A stretch of DNA of 64,000 nt, taken from IMG/VR virus record IMGVR_UViG_3300042346_000188, positions 1 to 64,000 of that record; one strand, given 5' to 3'. Of this stretch, positions 40,601-50,700 are shown one piece after another. The translations under genes were made by a program, and so were the position numbers. This DNA is from a virus. Below the pieces are notes generated by a model. It did no database searches. It was not told the origin of the DNA and saw nothing but the letters and a program-made list of their open reading frames with translations. Within the stretch, counting starts at the first letter, position 1. Every line of letters begins with the position of its first letter.

Positions 40601-43600
40601 CCCCAGGCACAACTAACTTCATACTGACTGACTATACTTGTGACGATGTGCTAAATAATCTTACAAAGCAAATTATAAAGATTGGTACAGGAACAAGATC
40701 AGTTAGCGTGCCTAACATGGGTACGGAAAGTTATCGAGTTGCATTTGTTTTTGCATATAGAGTTCTTTCAAAAGCCACTTATGATGCTTACCAGTTTTCT
40801 AGGGTAATTTATGACGAGGCGTATTGGGCAGTTTCTTCGCCAAAGAGTTTAGGGGTAACAGTTGTAGAAAAGAGTACGCCGCCTGAGCGTTATACTGACG
40901 TTGTCAATAAAGACATGGAAGTAAGTTTGGAAGATGGTAGCACTATTAAAGTGTCTGAAATCTTTGAAAATACGGTTAACGCAAATGTTATCAATAGTAA
41001 TGCAGCGCTAGTAGCACCTACTGAGGGTACGGTTCTATTCACTTATAGCGGTGCGGATACTACAAGCGGCAATGTAAATTTGAACATTAGCTTTGAAGCA
41101 AGTAATCCAATAGCTGTAACATCTAGGTATGCTTTTTGTGTTATAAGCAAAGAGACTGCAGACTTAACCTTGTTTACAAATTTAACTAACAAGCAAATTA
41201 TGGAGGAGCAGAAGTCAGCTACAAAGTTTGTTGAGGCATCGGAGGGTGTACTACAGTCAAATGGTAGATTTAAATATTCTGTCCAAGCAGCTAATGTCCC
41301 TGGTGCGCTAAACCATGCTGTCTATATATTTGCATTTAGGTATGCATCAGGTGGTAAGCTTTCAAGAAACAATTTTATCGATGTTACAACTAAAACACAA
41401 TATTATGGCTCTCCTGTACTTAAAGTGGGTACAACAAAGTATAGCGGTAATGTTGTCCTTAAAGGTGATGACATTAAGGATAAAACAGGTGTAATTACTA
41501 GTTTAACAGATTTGAGTAAGGTTGCTGAGGATTGGAATCTGGCTAATAATAAAACATTGTCAGCGATAACAGCTTTGCCTCTAATCTCTGCAACAGTACC
41601 ACCTATTGTTTATGATAGCTCTGCAAACAGTTCTGGCAATGTAGATTACAAACTTAACTTCTTTTATAATGGCGTTGTTATACCACCAGCACTTCCTGCT
41701 GTAGACGATAGTATTGATGGTTTTTGTATATTAGAGCAAACTGTACTGCCAAACACTGCTGACGGTCTTCCCTCAAAAACCATAGCTACACCTACTGCTG
41801 CAAAAATGCTTACTAATCCTGCGGCAAGATTTCTTGATGCAAGAGACTATGTAAGCGTAGACGCAGGTACATATAAATATGAAGTAGACATGGAAGAGAC
41901 AAAAGCAATACCCTACCGAGTAGTGTTTATCTTTGCATATCGTGCAATAACTTCTGGACAAAAGAAGCAGATTCAGTCAGGTACAACTCTTGTAGAGATT
42001 GGTGATAAAGAGAAGAAATCATATATTGTCTCTGCTGTCGTAAGGACTCATCCTTTAAATACAATAGTAGTTGACGGTGTGGTTACTAGCCCTAGTCTAT
42101 TTACAGGGGAGCTGTATATAAGAGCTGGCTTAAGAGATAGCTATGGCACTACAATAGCTATTAACAAGCTTTCAGAAACTATTTCTGATTTTGATAAGAC
42201 CAATAATACTTCTATTGCTAAAATTGTAGCTGTAACTAACCTAGCGCTTAGCTATAATTCCATTGGGTGTACTTCTGGTAATGTTAATTTAGTCATTGAT
42301 TTTGATTTTGCAGGAAGCTTAGCAGACATTGATGGTTTTGTATATTATGAAGCTACAAAAGATGGGCAAGGTACTATAGCAGACGTTGGACTAGCAACCT
42401 TGTTTGGCAACGTAAACTCAAGGTTTATTGACGTAGACGCTACCGTATCTGGTACACACTTCACAGTTGAAATAGAAGAGGCTAAGCCAACACTATTTAG
42501 AACAGTATTTGTTTGTGCTTTTAGGGAAGTTTATGACACCACCTACAAGGCTGCTAATAAACTATCAACTGCACTTAAGCCTGGCTTATTAACCTTTGGT
42601 AAGAGATTTTTTATTGTCTCGCCTATTGCTCGCAGTAATTTGAGTGGAAATTTATATCAACCACAATCGCAGGCAATAATAAAAGCTGGTGTAAATGTTG
42701 GCGGTTCAAGAGTAATTACACTATCTGATGCTATTGGTGACTGGGATTTAGCAAATAACGGCGGATTGGCAGGAAATACTGATACTGTCGCTGCACCTAC
42801 TTACCCTTTAACAGATGCAATGATAATTGAAGGCGGGCTGTTAGCAACTAATATCAATATTACTGCAAATTGGTTGTATACTATTGTGCAGATAGTTGAT
42901 CCGATTACAAACGAGCTTATAAATCCTATTGATGGCTTTCTTGTGTATTTGCTTGAGGATACTAACACCAGCCCAGGTACTGTAATAAACTTAAATGACC
43001 TGACTGTAAAGAAGACTTTTGTAACTACAGATGTAACTAAACGTAGCTATAAGTTTGAGGCAATGCCCATTAAAAAGGATAAAAATACTCTATATTACTA
43101 CAACGTTGCTGTTTTTGCGTATCGTGTAATCAGTGAGGCTACGTATACAAAAGGTTTAAAAACGTCAAGTTTAAAACCTTCGCTTAAAAGACCTTCTGCA
43201 TTCAATACGCCGATGTGTATTTCAAGTTCAACATCTTATGCGTTAACCGCAAATGCGTCATACGTATTAAAAGATACAAAGGGGGCGTTGCCGCATGACT
43301 ATCCAATTGGCGGTGACTTCTGGTTAAATACAGCTGGTTATGCAGTGGCAGGTATTCCGCATTTGCAAGTTGGATATTATAACAATGCAGGCTGGAGTCC
43401 ACTAACTGAGGATGAAGTTATCAAAAAGTTCAATACAGCGTATGCTTCAAAGACAGGTACAATCCATGAGTATAGCTCTCCCCTTGAGCCTATAAATTAC
43501 CCTGGATTCTATTGGAAAAACACATCTGGCGAGGTAGTGTCTGGTGTAGCTCCTAATGGTGTTGTGTACTGGGATGTAACTCGTCTTATGTGGCAACCTA

Positions 43601-43956
43601 AGGTAGCTAAGACCGCAGGTAAAGTGACTGAAGGCGATCCAGCCATAATAGTGCCATATGAGGGTACTGTGTTATTAAGTACAGTGCTTAATTCTAATGG
43701 TACAAAAACATTATATAGAGGTCGTAATGGCCAATGGGAACCACATGTACAGCTTTCTACTAGTGAAATATTTACGACAGAAAAGCTAATGAAAGCTAAC
43801 AAAGTAGCAACCAAAGCTTTCGTTACTGGTACATCAGGGTATTTTACTCGTACAATTAATTCGAAAGGTAAATTACCAGAGTGGCCTAAGTCGGCTACTG
43901 ATATATTTGCTAAAAGCTTATTAGTAGGTAACGTTTTACCAACTTTAATTTTATAG
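34600..43956 (+). CDS. Large tail tip/host-specificity protein with repeat arrays
   Basis: LPLVYGRA, YSNNPAWCLLDYL and LEPGDFV motifs of tail tip proteins; FN3-like domains and two repeat arrays. Confidence 0.8.
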   Translation: MVFLTLTLATWIMIAMVAISVGMTIYSLMQTPPAFDTSALEARKGAEVVIEGKSEDLPLVYGRALVGGSRVFHAVSSDFNYVASNADKTFATGVNHTVTWFTEFYLVNNPRAVNAILEKRGTTGTTEVLTQLAKSINGRKNEFLYFQQALCQGPIGGVIDVVLESSRYLDDATLATFGAPDDLNTGEKHKWSDPKKARTAVRIDVHYDAGMNIADSIIAANFPERSDATFNNIVYASATVRTDRDDPQFSAPPRLQFYIEGKKVRKVVNGVLNTNFEYSNNPAWCLLDYLLDGLSGASIPVEEINLPSFEAASLVCDYIVAEDVTTAGKIWQNTEGTRNIHTRDLPLYECNMIIDTKKPIRDNITGMLTSMGDARLIWSQGQYRLSLQYTHTSNDDLFIVAELGEDDLVLDQEVEINLPSASDRLNYCTVKFHNELSNFKEDSVSWPPKFPGKVYKGVGGKKYPISDYSYTEDNEDGSFNRGANLLNSVGVWGSTLNTTYLSYYIILTYEDVMDPDNNDLIKPVKVQYTGDNEIRIRIKNKTNTITYLDAQHKDWKSQKESIVTLPILKGETQVFHIEIDGTNTQKEKAVAARIVNGPKILWTTRESAYSDVLEIDNTDTTYSVFLEEDGGTKLEMETSVEAMTDPYHAAAKAEEYVRMSRSSFVIKFKYVVRQNYLEPGDFVKLTSPTLNLAGEIFRVNSVKIVEGHNCEVTAQRFDHLQLAWSQKDDQHMVPPNIYSNLFNPPRNLKYIPTGSSRLITSGTLVWDAPGDAVDLAYYIVSVHEADGPTRTNNAPIFRELGRVAESSFVLPKLEAFSAIFSVMAVSTSGRRSTTIYTGDKAQIIDVYDSYLFDGLTVSRSGLTVNWTACNVYESGVLLKALPAGTVTWTEGLLFIYFDFVNDKIIKATTDYTQVYNGVVLATFDGVEFNLSVSELDAPTVLTVEGRTDTVFDSKDAKIVWQANSSNLSASTFLKHYLVQVLTTADVLKKAYVITPDKDDAGSLLITDTMNLELFGTLTRSFKVRVYTVDSAGLLSATPKVSTITNAAPLVTTLELTPTVKAVFVKAAIMSEDDIVKYEFKQYATETIATAENTITTVSNSCTFATADDLDRWYTVTGYDYYGVGIESARVKEKSLAQPQSTGYAFLRYASDTAPVAPTGGTYLLPVPTKGTATDPLGTLAWSDGIPDGTARLWQTARIFTANEQPPHQTAWQTPVLVANSATIKYQYSSVNPPTTADADWADGPGIATLYMRVGTSKDGINGPWVWGAAFKVKGEAPQSSFVSTVFARATGSVVPDLPTGGTYPRGLPAGSIWKDGIPGGTGKIYTSSRLFTSDALTPQDPAWSTVTLMVTNDKTKFQLNNSDPISATGWYDSDDASKDPTLAIYMRINYSEDGGTTWTYGLPSKIKGEKGDPSYTSFISTVFTRTTGKPLPTPVAPTAGTFATDGLPNDGVWVDGIPPLPGVLWSSYKTFTNDPNATAESWSTPVRILDDDKTDYQFSVTNSSINSTWQDDAFEGAVYMRIGTSVDGVSFTYGPGIKIKGEKGDPGLISFKSTVFTRRAATNPVTAVPTGGSFDSPRPGPDQIEWEDGIPEGDGIVWQSYTTFVNDPNAATPAWSTPKAVLNDNNTKYYFNTANVATGWVTVPSTTTEWMRIDTSTDGFLTTVTGTPFKIKGEQGETGYTVFKSTVFTRRAANNPPTFTPTGITSDNLPTQVEWVDGIPPLPGVLWESHAYISTDPAVTTVTWSEPKQILNDVNTKHYFATTNSAVDSDWSLTPSTTTEWMRIDTSIDGFMTTSVKGTPFKIKGEKGETGSGIDIRLTNDLAYIPTDLSNVSDYSKAATGIVVQNNNVDVAYSATAVTLVGALPNTYSVTLEKESLTGTPSLEVINGIVTSKDFGTITQGVAKLTFVVTIKDQYGNILGPFKKSQTLVKQFPNGTLELLATSAAQLSVLDTVLPLVTNINVTYSPDKNGDGFADGTITWDYPVDAAISGFVVCYNNVRYSPGTTNFILTDYTCDDVLNNLTKQIIKIGTGTRSVSVPNMGTESYRVAFVFAYRVLSKATYDAYQFSRVIYDEAYWAVSSPKSLGVTVVEKSTPPERYTDVVNKDMEVSLEDGSTIKVSEIFENTVNANVINSNAALVAPTEGTVLFTYSGADTTSGNVNLNISFEASNPIAVTSRYAFCVISKETADLTLFTNLTNKQIMEEQKSATKFVEASEGVLQSNGRFKYSVQAANVPGALNHAVYIFAFRYASGGKLSRNNFIDVTTKTQYYGSPVLKVGTTKYSGNVVLKGDDIKDKTGVITSLTDLSKVAEDWNLANNKTLSAITALPLISATVPPIVYDSSANSSGNVDYKLNFFYNGVVIPPALPAVDDSIDGFCILEQTVLPNTADGLPSKTIATPTAAKMLTNPAARFLDARDYVSVDAGTYKYEVDMEETKAIPYRVVFIFAYRAITSGQKKQIQSGTTLVEIGDKEKKSYIVSAVVRTHPLNTIVVDGVVTSPSLFTGELYIRAGLRDSYGTTIAINKLSETISDFDKTNNTSIAKIVAVTNLALSYNSIGCTSGNVNLVIDFDFAGSLADIDGFVYYEATKDGQGTIADVGLATLFGNVNSRFIDVDATVSGTHFTVEIEEAKPTLFRTVFVCAFREVYDTTYKAANKLSTALKPGLLTFGKRFFIVSPIARSNLSGNLYQPQSQAIIKAGVNVGGSRVITLSDAIGDWDLANNGGLAGNTDTVAAPTYPLTDAMIIEGGLLATNINITANWLYTIVQIVDPITNELINPIDGFLVYLLEDTNTSPGTVINLNDLTVKKTFVTTDVTKRSYKFEAMPIKKDKNTLYYYNVAVFAYRVISEATYTKGLKTSSLKPSLKRPSAFNTPMCISSSTSYALTANASYVLKDTKGALPHDYPIGGDFWLNTAGYAVAGIPHLQVGYYNNAGWSPLTEDEVIKKFNTAYASKTGTIHEYSSPLEPINYPGFYWKNTSGEVVSGVAPNGVVYWDVTRLMWQPKVAKTAGKVTEGDPAIIVPYEGTVLLSTVLNSNGTKTLYRGRNGQWEPHVQLSTSEIFTTEKLMKANKVATKAFVTGTSGYFTRTINSKGKLPEWPKSATDIFAKSLLVGNVLPTLIL

Positions 43957-43964
43957 GAGTATAA

Positions 43965-46900
43965 ATGACAACGTACGTAGCAGCAGGTGATCAGTGGACT
44001 AACACTGCTGACGCCAATGTAACTGATCCTACTACAGGGCAAGTTATAAAACCTGGTACTACTGTCGAATTTAATGGAGAGGACTGGAGCTATATTTCAG
44101 TCCTTCCGACTAAATCGGCAACAGCGCCGACAGAACAAGTTAGGGGGCAATTGTGGGTTAATACCGCAGTTACCCCTAATACTCTATCACAATATATCCC
44201 AGCAACAAATACTTGGGAAGTTATATCTACAATAGTAGAAAAACCTGAAGATATTGGTTGTGAAGAAGCTTCAACACACAACGAGTATCAAGGCCTTTAT
44301 AATGTTAATGCTATATACTCAAAAGGTGATGTAGTTAGTTATCAAGGTAAGAAATGGTGGGCATTAGGTACTAATCAAAATATAACGCCAACAGAAAGTA
44401 TTAGCTGGACACTATTAACGTCTACAGGAGAATCTGGTAAGTCTACATTTGAACTGAGCTTCTATACAGTAGCTGCCCAAGCACCATCAACATCTCCTTC
44501 TGGAAATTATTCTAGAAACATGGTAACGGGTGTAGTATCTAGCGAAGCAGGTTTTGCTTTAAATGGCTGGAGTGTAAACCCGCCTGCAGCTGTACTAGGG
44601 CACACTCTCTGGAGGATGACAAACATTGCAGAAGCAACAGCAGGTATGTTAGATACAGGGCCAATTCAATGGGTACCTAAAACACCCGTTGCAATAAGTG
44701 CGTCAGGTGTTTCTGCTAACTTTAGCATTGGAACGGTAACAAAAGGCGACAATGCAGCTGTAACTAAAGCAGGTACTGATGGTAATTTTACACTAGATTT
44801 TGTACTGCCTAAAGGTGACCCAGGTGCCGCAGAAAGATATGATATCTTAGGCGGTACCACTTATATTGACTGTAACCACATAACAGGTATCCCTGTATTA
44901 GAGTTTCTAAACTTTTCTTTATTAAAGAGTTTAGGTGCCTCCACTTCAGATGTTACTAGTGTAGTTTGGTCAGCGTACTCAATGTCACAATATGGCTATG
45001 CAGGTAATGCTATACCTGTAAGTAATTTAAATAATGGCGCATGCAGTGTAGACTTAGCTACTTGTCGATGGGGGTTAGTAATTAGCGCAAAGTTAACTGC
45101 AAATGGCCCTACAGTTGCAAGTAGATTTATCGCACCTCAGCTTATTGAGATTCCCGGACCAAAGGGTGATACAGGAGCAAAAGGCGATACAGGCAATACT
45201 GGTACCGCTGCCACAATCAATGTAGGTACTGTAAGCGCAATAGCATATGGTTCTACTCCTACTGTAGTTAACTCAGGAACATCTGCAGCAGCTGTGTTTA
45301 ACTTTGGATTACCGCGTGGTGAAAAGGGTGATGCAGGCGTAATTAGTAGCGTAACAGCTACATCTACAGCAGCAGGTACAAACGCTGCAGTTACATTAGG
45401 TGGTACACCAAGTGACCGTACAATTGCACTGAGTATTCCAAAAGCTTATAATGGTACGAGTCGCGTATTTATTGAGATGTATAAATGGGCAGTAGATGAG
45501 CCTACTATAAAGCCTTCAGGTACTTCTACTTATACATGGGCAGATGACACGTATAGTTGGCCTACAGGTGGTTCTAATTCATGGACAGCTTATCCAGGTG
45601 CTGCTCCAGGCGGTATGACGCTTTGGGTAGTTAGAGCAAAAATTGTTAGCCAAATAGTAGAGGCAACAACAGATGTTACTTGGTCAGATGCTGTAATTTA
45701 TCCTATTAGTGGATCTGGTCCAGGCTCTTATACTTGGATTAAGTACGCTACTGCAGCAGATGGCACAGGCATGACAGATACTTATAGTGATACTATGAAG
45801 TATATGGGTATTGCCGTAAATAAGTTGACTGCTACAGAGTCTACTAGTGCTGCTGCATATGATTGGGTTAGAATTAGAGGTGCTGATGGTCTTGATGGGG
45901 TTTCTACTACTATGTATAAGGTAGAGCCTGTTGATCCAATCTTGACTAAAAATGCTGCAACTGGAACTCTGAATAAAACTCAAATTACTTTTAATTCGTA
46001 TGCTAGAACAGGGGTTGGTGCTTTTGTAGATTATGCAGCGTTTTGGCGTGTATATGTAGATGGTTCAGAAGTTAGTGCCTCTGCTACAAGTACTTCAACA
46101 AAGACTGCAAATATTACTAGTGGGTCAGGTTACGTTAAAGCAATCATCTATTCAGATTCTGCCAGAACAGTTAAGGTAGATGAAGTATATGTACCTATTG
46201 TAAATGAAGGTCCAAAAGGTGATACAGGTACTTTAGCATTAGGTACAATAGCTACAGGTGCTCCAGGTTCTACTGTTGCAATTACTAACACAGGGACAGC
46301 GTCTGCTGGTATTCTTAATATTACAATACCTAGAGGAGATGTAGGCGCTACGGGTGCTGTACAAACCATTTCTATTGGGACTGTTACAAAAGGTATCACA
46401 GCTGCTGTAACTCGCACATTAACAGGTTTAAATAATAGTTTTGATTTTGTACTACCACAAGGTGATAAGGGTGATGCAGGGACAATAGCTATTGGCACGG
46501 TATCCACAGGCGCTGCTGGCTCTAATGTTGCTATTACAAACGTAGGTACAGCTTCTTCGGCTACCCTTAATATTTCAATACCAAAGGGTGATCAAGGATT
46601 ACCGCCTACAATAACAGCTAATAGTACTACAACAGGTACTGCAGGGAGTTCTGCCAGTGTTACATTAGATGCATCAAGCACCTCTACAGCTGCTAAGTTT
46701 AATTTTACAATACCTAAGGGTGATAAGGGAGATGCTGGTAATGCGGGTAGTATTGCTGTAGGTACAGTAACTACTGGTAATGCAGGCACATCTGTTTCAG
46801 TTTCAAATAGTGGAACTACATCTGCAGCTGTATTTAATTTTACAATACCTAAGGGAGATGTTGGTCCTGTTGCCGCATTTAGTGTGGGTACAGTTACAAC

Positions 46901-47780
46901 AGGTAGCGCAGGCTCTAGTAGTGCTGCAAGTATAAGTGGAACAAGTGCTAGCCCTGTGTTAAACCTAACAATTCCAAAAGGCGATAAAGGAGATATTGGC
47001 CCTAATCTATTTATAACATCTAGCAGAGAGTTAGCTTTCTATTCGGTTGATAACATATATTCTGGATCAGGTAATAGTAATATAACCCTAACAGCTGTTA
47101 AGTCGTCAGATATTACTAGTACAAGTTATGTATGGTCATTTTCAGGCTTTAATGGTGGGAATCCCTCTACTAGTGCTCAAAATGCTGTAATTAGTACGTC
47201 TAATATGGGTACATCTCGCGCAGCAACAGCCACTTGTACTATTGGCGGATACTCTTATATGGTAACTATTTATCGTATGAATGAAAGCTCTGCAGAAGCC
47301 GGGGCTACCGTTGGCGCAGATTGGAGCAGTAACGTAACAAATAGGCCTACTTCTTTATCTGGTATTAACTCAACGGAAGGCACGTTGCTTGGATTGTTTT
47401 CATATAGCGGATCTACTGTAACTTTAAATGCTAACTTCCAATCAAATGCTAATATTACTGCTTATTATTCTTCTGATGAAAGATTAAAAGAATGTGTACG
47501 TAAGATATATGATCCTATTGGAAAGTTAAAATCAATATCAGGTAACAACTTTAAATGGGCAGAAGATTATTATGCTAAACAAGATTCTGATTTTGTTAAG
47601 GAATGGGATGTTGGTGTACTTGCGCAAGAAGTAGAAAGAGTATTACCAGAAGCTGTTAGAAAACGTAGTGATGGATTCTTAGCGGTAGATTACGCTAAAA
47701 TTATACCTTTACTTATTGAGGGTTTTAAAGCTCAACAAGAAATTATAGAGGAACTTAGAAATGCCATACAGCATAAGTGA
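43965..47780 (+). CDS. Tail fibre with collagen-like repeats and C-terminal S74-type intramolecular chaperone
   Basis: Repeated (F/L)TIPKGDKGD units; YYSSDERLKE...VGVLAQEVERVLPEAV...VDYAKIIPLLIE. Confidence 0.85.
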   Translation: MTTYVAAGDQWTNTADANVTDPTTGQVIKPGTTVEFNGEDWSYISVLPTKSATAPTEQVRGQLWVNTAVTPNTLSQYIPATNTWEVISTIVEKPEDIGCEEASTHNEYQGLYNVNAIYSKGDVVSYQGKKWWALGTNQNITPTESISWTLLTSTGESGKSTFELSFYTVAAQAPSTSPSGNYSRNMVTGVVSSEAGFALNGWSVNPPAAVLGHTLWRMTNIAEATAGMLDTGPIQWVPKTPVAISASGVSANFSIGTVTKGDNAAVTKAGTDGNFTLDFVLPKGDPGAAERYDILGGTTYIDCNHITGIPVLEFLNFSLLKSLGASTSDVTSVVWSAYSMSQYGYAGNAIPVSNLNNGACSVDLATCRWGLVISAKLTANGPTVASRFIAPQLIEIPGPKGDTGAKGDTGNTGTAATINVGTVSAIAYGSTPTVVNSGTSAAAVFNFGLPRGEKGDAGVISSVTATSTAAGTNAAVTLGGTPSDRTIALSIPKAYNGTSRVFIEMYKWAVDEPTIKPSGTSTYTWADDTYSWPTGGSNSWTAYPGAAPGGMTLWVVRAKIVSQIVEATTDVTWSDAVIYPISGSGPGSYTWIKYATAADGTGMTDTYSDTMKYMGIAVNKLTATESTSAAAYDWVRIRGADGLDGVSTTMYKVEPVDPILTKNAATGTLNKTQITFNSYARTGVGAFVDYAAFWRVYVDGSEVSASATSTSTKTANITSGSGYVKAIIYSDSARTVKVDEVYVPIVNEGPKGDTGTLALGTIATGAPGSTVAITNTGTASAGILNITIPRGDVGATGAVQTISIGTVTKGITAAVTRTLTGLNNSFDFVLPQGDKGDAGTIAIGTVSTGAAGSNVAITNVGTASSATLNISIPKGDQGLPPTITANSTTTGTAGSSASVTLDASSTSTAAKFNFTIPKGDKGDAGNAGSIAVGTVTTGNAGTSVSVSNSGTTSAAVFNFTIPKGDVGPVAAFSVGTVTTGSAGSSSAASISGTSASPVLNLTIPKGDKGDIGPNLFITSSRELAFYSVDNIYSGSGNSNITLTAVKSSDITSTSYVWSFSGFNGGNPSTSAQNAVISTSNMGTSRAATATCTIGGYSYMVTIYRMNESSAEAGATVGADWSSNVTNRPTSLSGINSTEGTLLGLFSYSGSTVTLNANFQSNANITAYYSSDERLKECVRKIYDPIGKLKSISGNNFKWAEDYYAKQDSDFVKEWDVGVLAQEVERVLPEAVRKRSDGFLAVDYAKIIPLLIEGFKAQQEIIEELRNAIQHK

Positions 47781-50700
47781 TGTAAATGTAGACTTAGGCA
47801 GAACTACAACAGCAACAACAAGCTTAAATGAACCTGTAGTTAGAGATTTATTATTAGCAGACCCTTATCCTGCTCCTGTAAATTTATATCCAGACCTTTC
47901 ACCTGAAAACAATACGCCACCAGTTTTATCTGTTAATACTATTACCCAAAATAGTTGTATCTTTACGTGGACAGGTGGTGAAACTTATGGTACATATCAG
48001 CTACGAGGTAGATGGAAAGATAAAGATGGCTATTGGGTAAATATTGCAGCTGGGAATACTTTAACAAAAGGGGCTGTATTTAATTTCGGTTATTCGGGTG
48101 ATCTTCGTAATACAATGTACGGATATTATGAAGTGTTTATTGTAATTAGATTTAATGGAATTGATTATCTGCCTTCTAACACAGTTAATGTACAGCTCTT
48201 AGATTGGTCGTTTGAGGATGGCTTTTATCCAGCTACGCCATATGGTGTAGGCAGCACCGCAGATGCAAACTACCCAAATCATAGTGTAACTTATCGATAT
48301 GATATAAGATGGTTTAGACTTGCTCTTAGGCTAAAAGGAGTTGCTGATTCTGAATTAGGAGGTAGTGCACCGGCCACATATACTAACTTCAGCATGTCAA
48401 TACATAGAAATGTAACAATCTATGATAGTAACAATTATAATGGTAATGTAGTAATGACTGTGCTTGCCGGTAATAATAATTATCTATGGGAAGCACCTAA
48501 GTTAATTATAGGCATTGATGTAGGTAGTGATCATGACTTTACATTTGTATATTCAGGCATAGCTAATGTAGATCCTTCTGACTACGTATTAGGTCATTAC
48601 GAAACAGATACAACTTATCAGCCTGGTGATGTTGTTTGTATGTATAGTAATTTAGTAATGTGTATTAAAACATGCACTAATATTGAACCTTTTAATCATG
48701 CAAGTTGGTCTTATTATTGGGACTATCCCCCTACAAATCCTGGAAGAGCTATTGCCTTTTGGAATACTCACTATGCTAGAAATAGTACTTTCATAAATAA
48801 TGGTACTATTCTAGGCGGTGGTGGCGGTGGAGGACGGGGTGGTGAGACAACTATTACAGAATTATACTATAACCCTTCAGCTTTTATAAACCAAAAGTAT
48901 TTAAAGGGAGATGCCGTAACGCACTCAGGTAATATATTTGTTTGTGTTACAGACACAGTGTCTGCTTACTTTAATGGTACTTTCACATGGTCAACACCCG
49001 TTAGGAGTTCTCACACAACATACTGGCGTTTCTATGCCCTTAGCACCGAAAAGTTTTCAACAGGCTCAGATGGCCTTCAAGGTGGACCTGCTCTATACCA
49101 AGGTAGCGGAATATCAGGTGGCGTAAAGCTTATGAATAACGGTACAATCTTTGGTGGTGGTAATGGTGGTGGTGGCGGTGGTGGCGGTACAGTTCCTATG
49201 TCTTACGCAGTTGTTTATGGGTTTAATGGTGAAGGTACATTTAGTAGTACGCCTGTAAGTCCTGCAGGTGGCGACGGTGGTCATGGTTCTTTCTATAACA
49301 GAGCTGAAGTAAACCCTTCTGTTGATTTCAAATACAAAGGTGGTATGGGTGGTAAAGGCTCCATAAATGGATTGACAGCAGGTGAGAATGCTACTGGTGC
49401 AAATCATGATTACAGCGGAGACGGTCTGGGGGGTGGCTATATTGCAAACAATTGGACAGAAGGCAGCTTCAATGTACTGCCTGGCGGTAAGCCGCTACCC
49501 CCTGTTTTAAGTATAGCAGCTGTTAGCCAAAATTCTATTACATTAGGAATAGCTAAGCAAGATCCTATTGGAGGCAATACACCGACAGGTTACTATATTT
49601 ATGATAGTGCTAATGTGCAGCAAGGAAGTACTACAAACGATACATTTACAATAGCAGGACTGACATCAGATACGTCTTATAGTTATTACGTTACAGCGTA
49701 TAATACTCTTGTATCAGCAAGCTCTAGCACTATAATTGGGAAGACAGCTTTAATATTGCCTACATTTACCTTTGGTGTTGATAATAAGACTTACAACTCA
49801 TTTACAGTTATTATTAGTAAAGTTACCTCTGCTATTTATTATGAAATTTATTTTAATGGCGTATTAAGAACTACAATAAATGATTCTGGGAACAGTACTA
49901 CTGTTTACGCAACTGGGCCTACAATGGGGATCTCTTCAACAACTTATGTAACAGTTAAGGCCTATAGTGGTACTAACTCTTCAGTGCTAACTCCTCCGCA
50001 AGCATGGACAACTACTTATGCTGCTGTTCCCGCAGTGCCTACTTCGTTTACATATGCAGAAACTAATAATACTAATGCATTGTTATCATGGTCTGGCAGT
50101 GGCGTCTCGTACAAGATAGCTGTTAAAAATCAGTCTAATAATGCTGTTACAAACTATACATCTAGTATAATGAATATTACAGCTACTGGTCTAGATTATG
50201 GCACTCTTTATGAGATAAGTATTGTTGCTGTTAATGAGATAGGTGACTCTATTGCTTATGTAATACCAAATGTAATGCTAGTTGACGTATACCTACCGAC
50301 ACTAACCTTGTCATCAGTCACTACGAAAACCTTTAATGTATCTTTTGGTGGGCCAATGACAGGCCACACCCATACCCTTATGCTACAGTCAATGGAATAC
50401 TCTGGCGGCTGGGAAACAGAAATTATAGGTGCATACGCTAGTGGCAGTGCTTTCACACCTCCTAATAGATCTCGTGGTAAGTATAGACTAAGGATACAAG
50501 TTGCTAATTCTGGTGGAAAGGTCATGGCAACGCCTTATTTAGATGTACAGCTTTCAGATTGGGTTATTAGTTCATCTACGACTACCAATACACCTCAGAA
50601 TATGTCCAATGGTTGGTATTTTAACGATGCATGGATACGAAATAATACTACTGCATTAGCCGCCTCAAACCCAGAATCTACTTGCTTGCGTAGTGTAACT

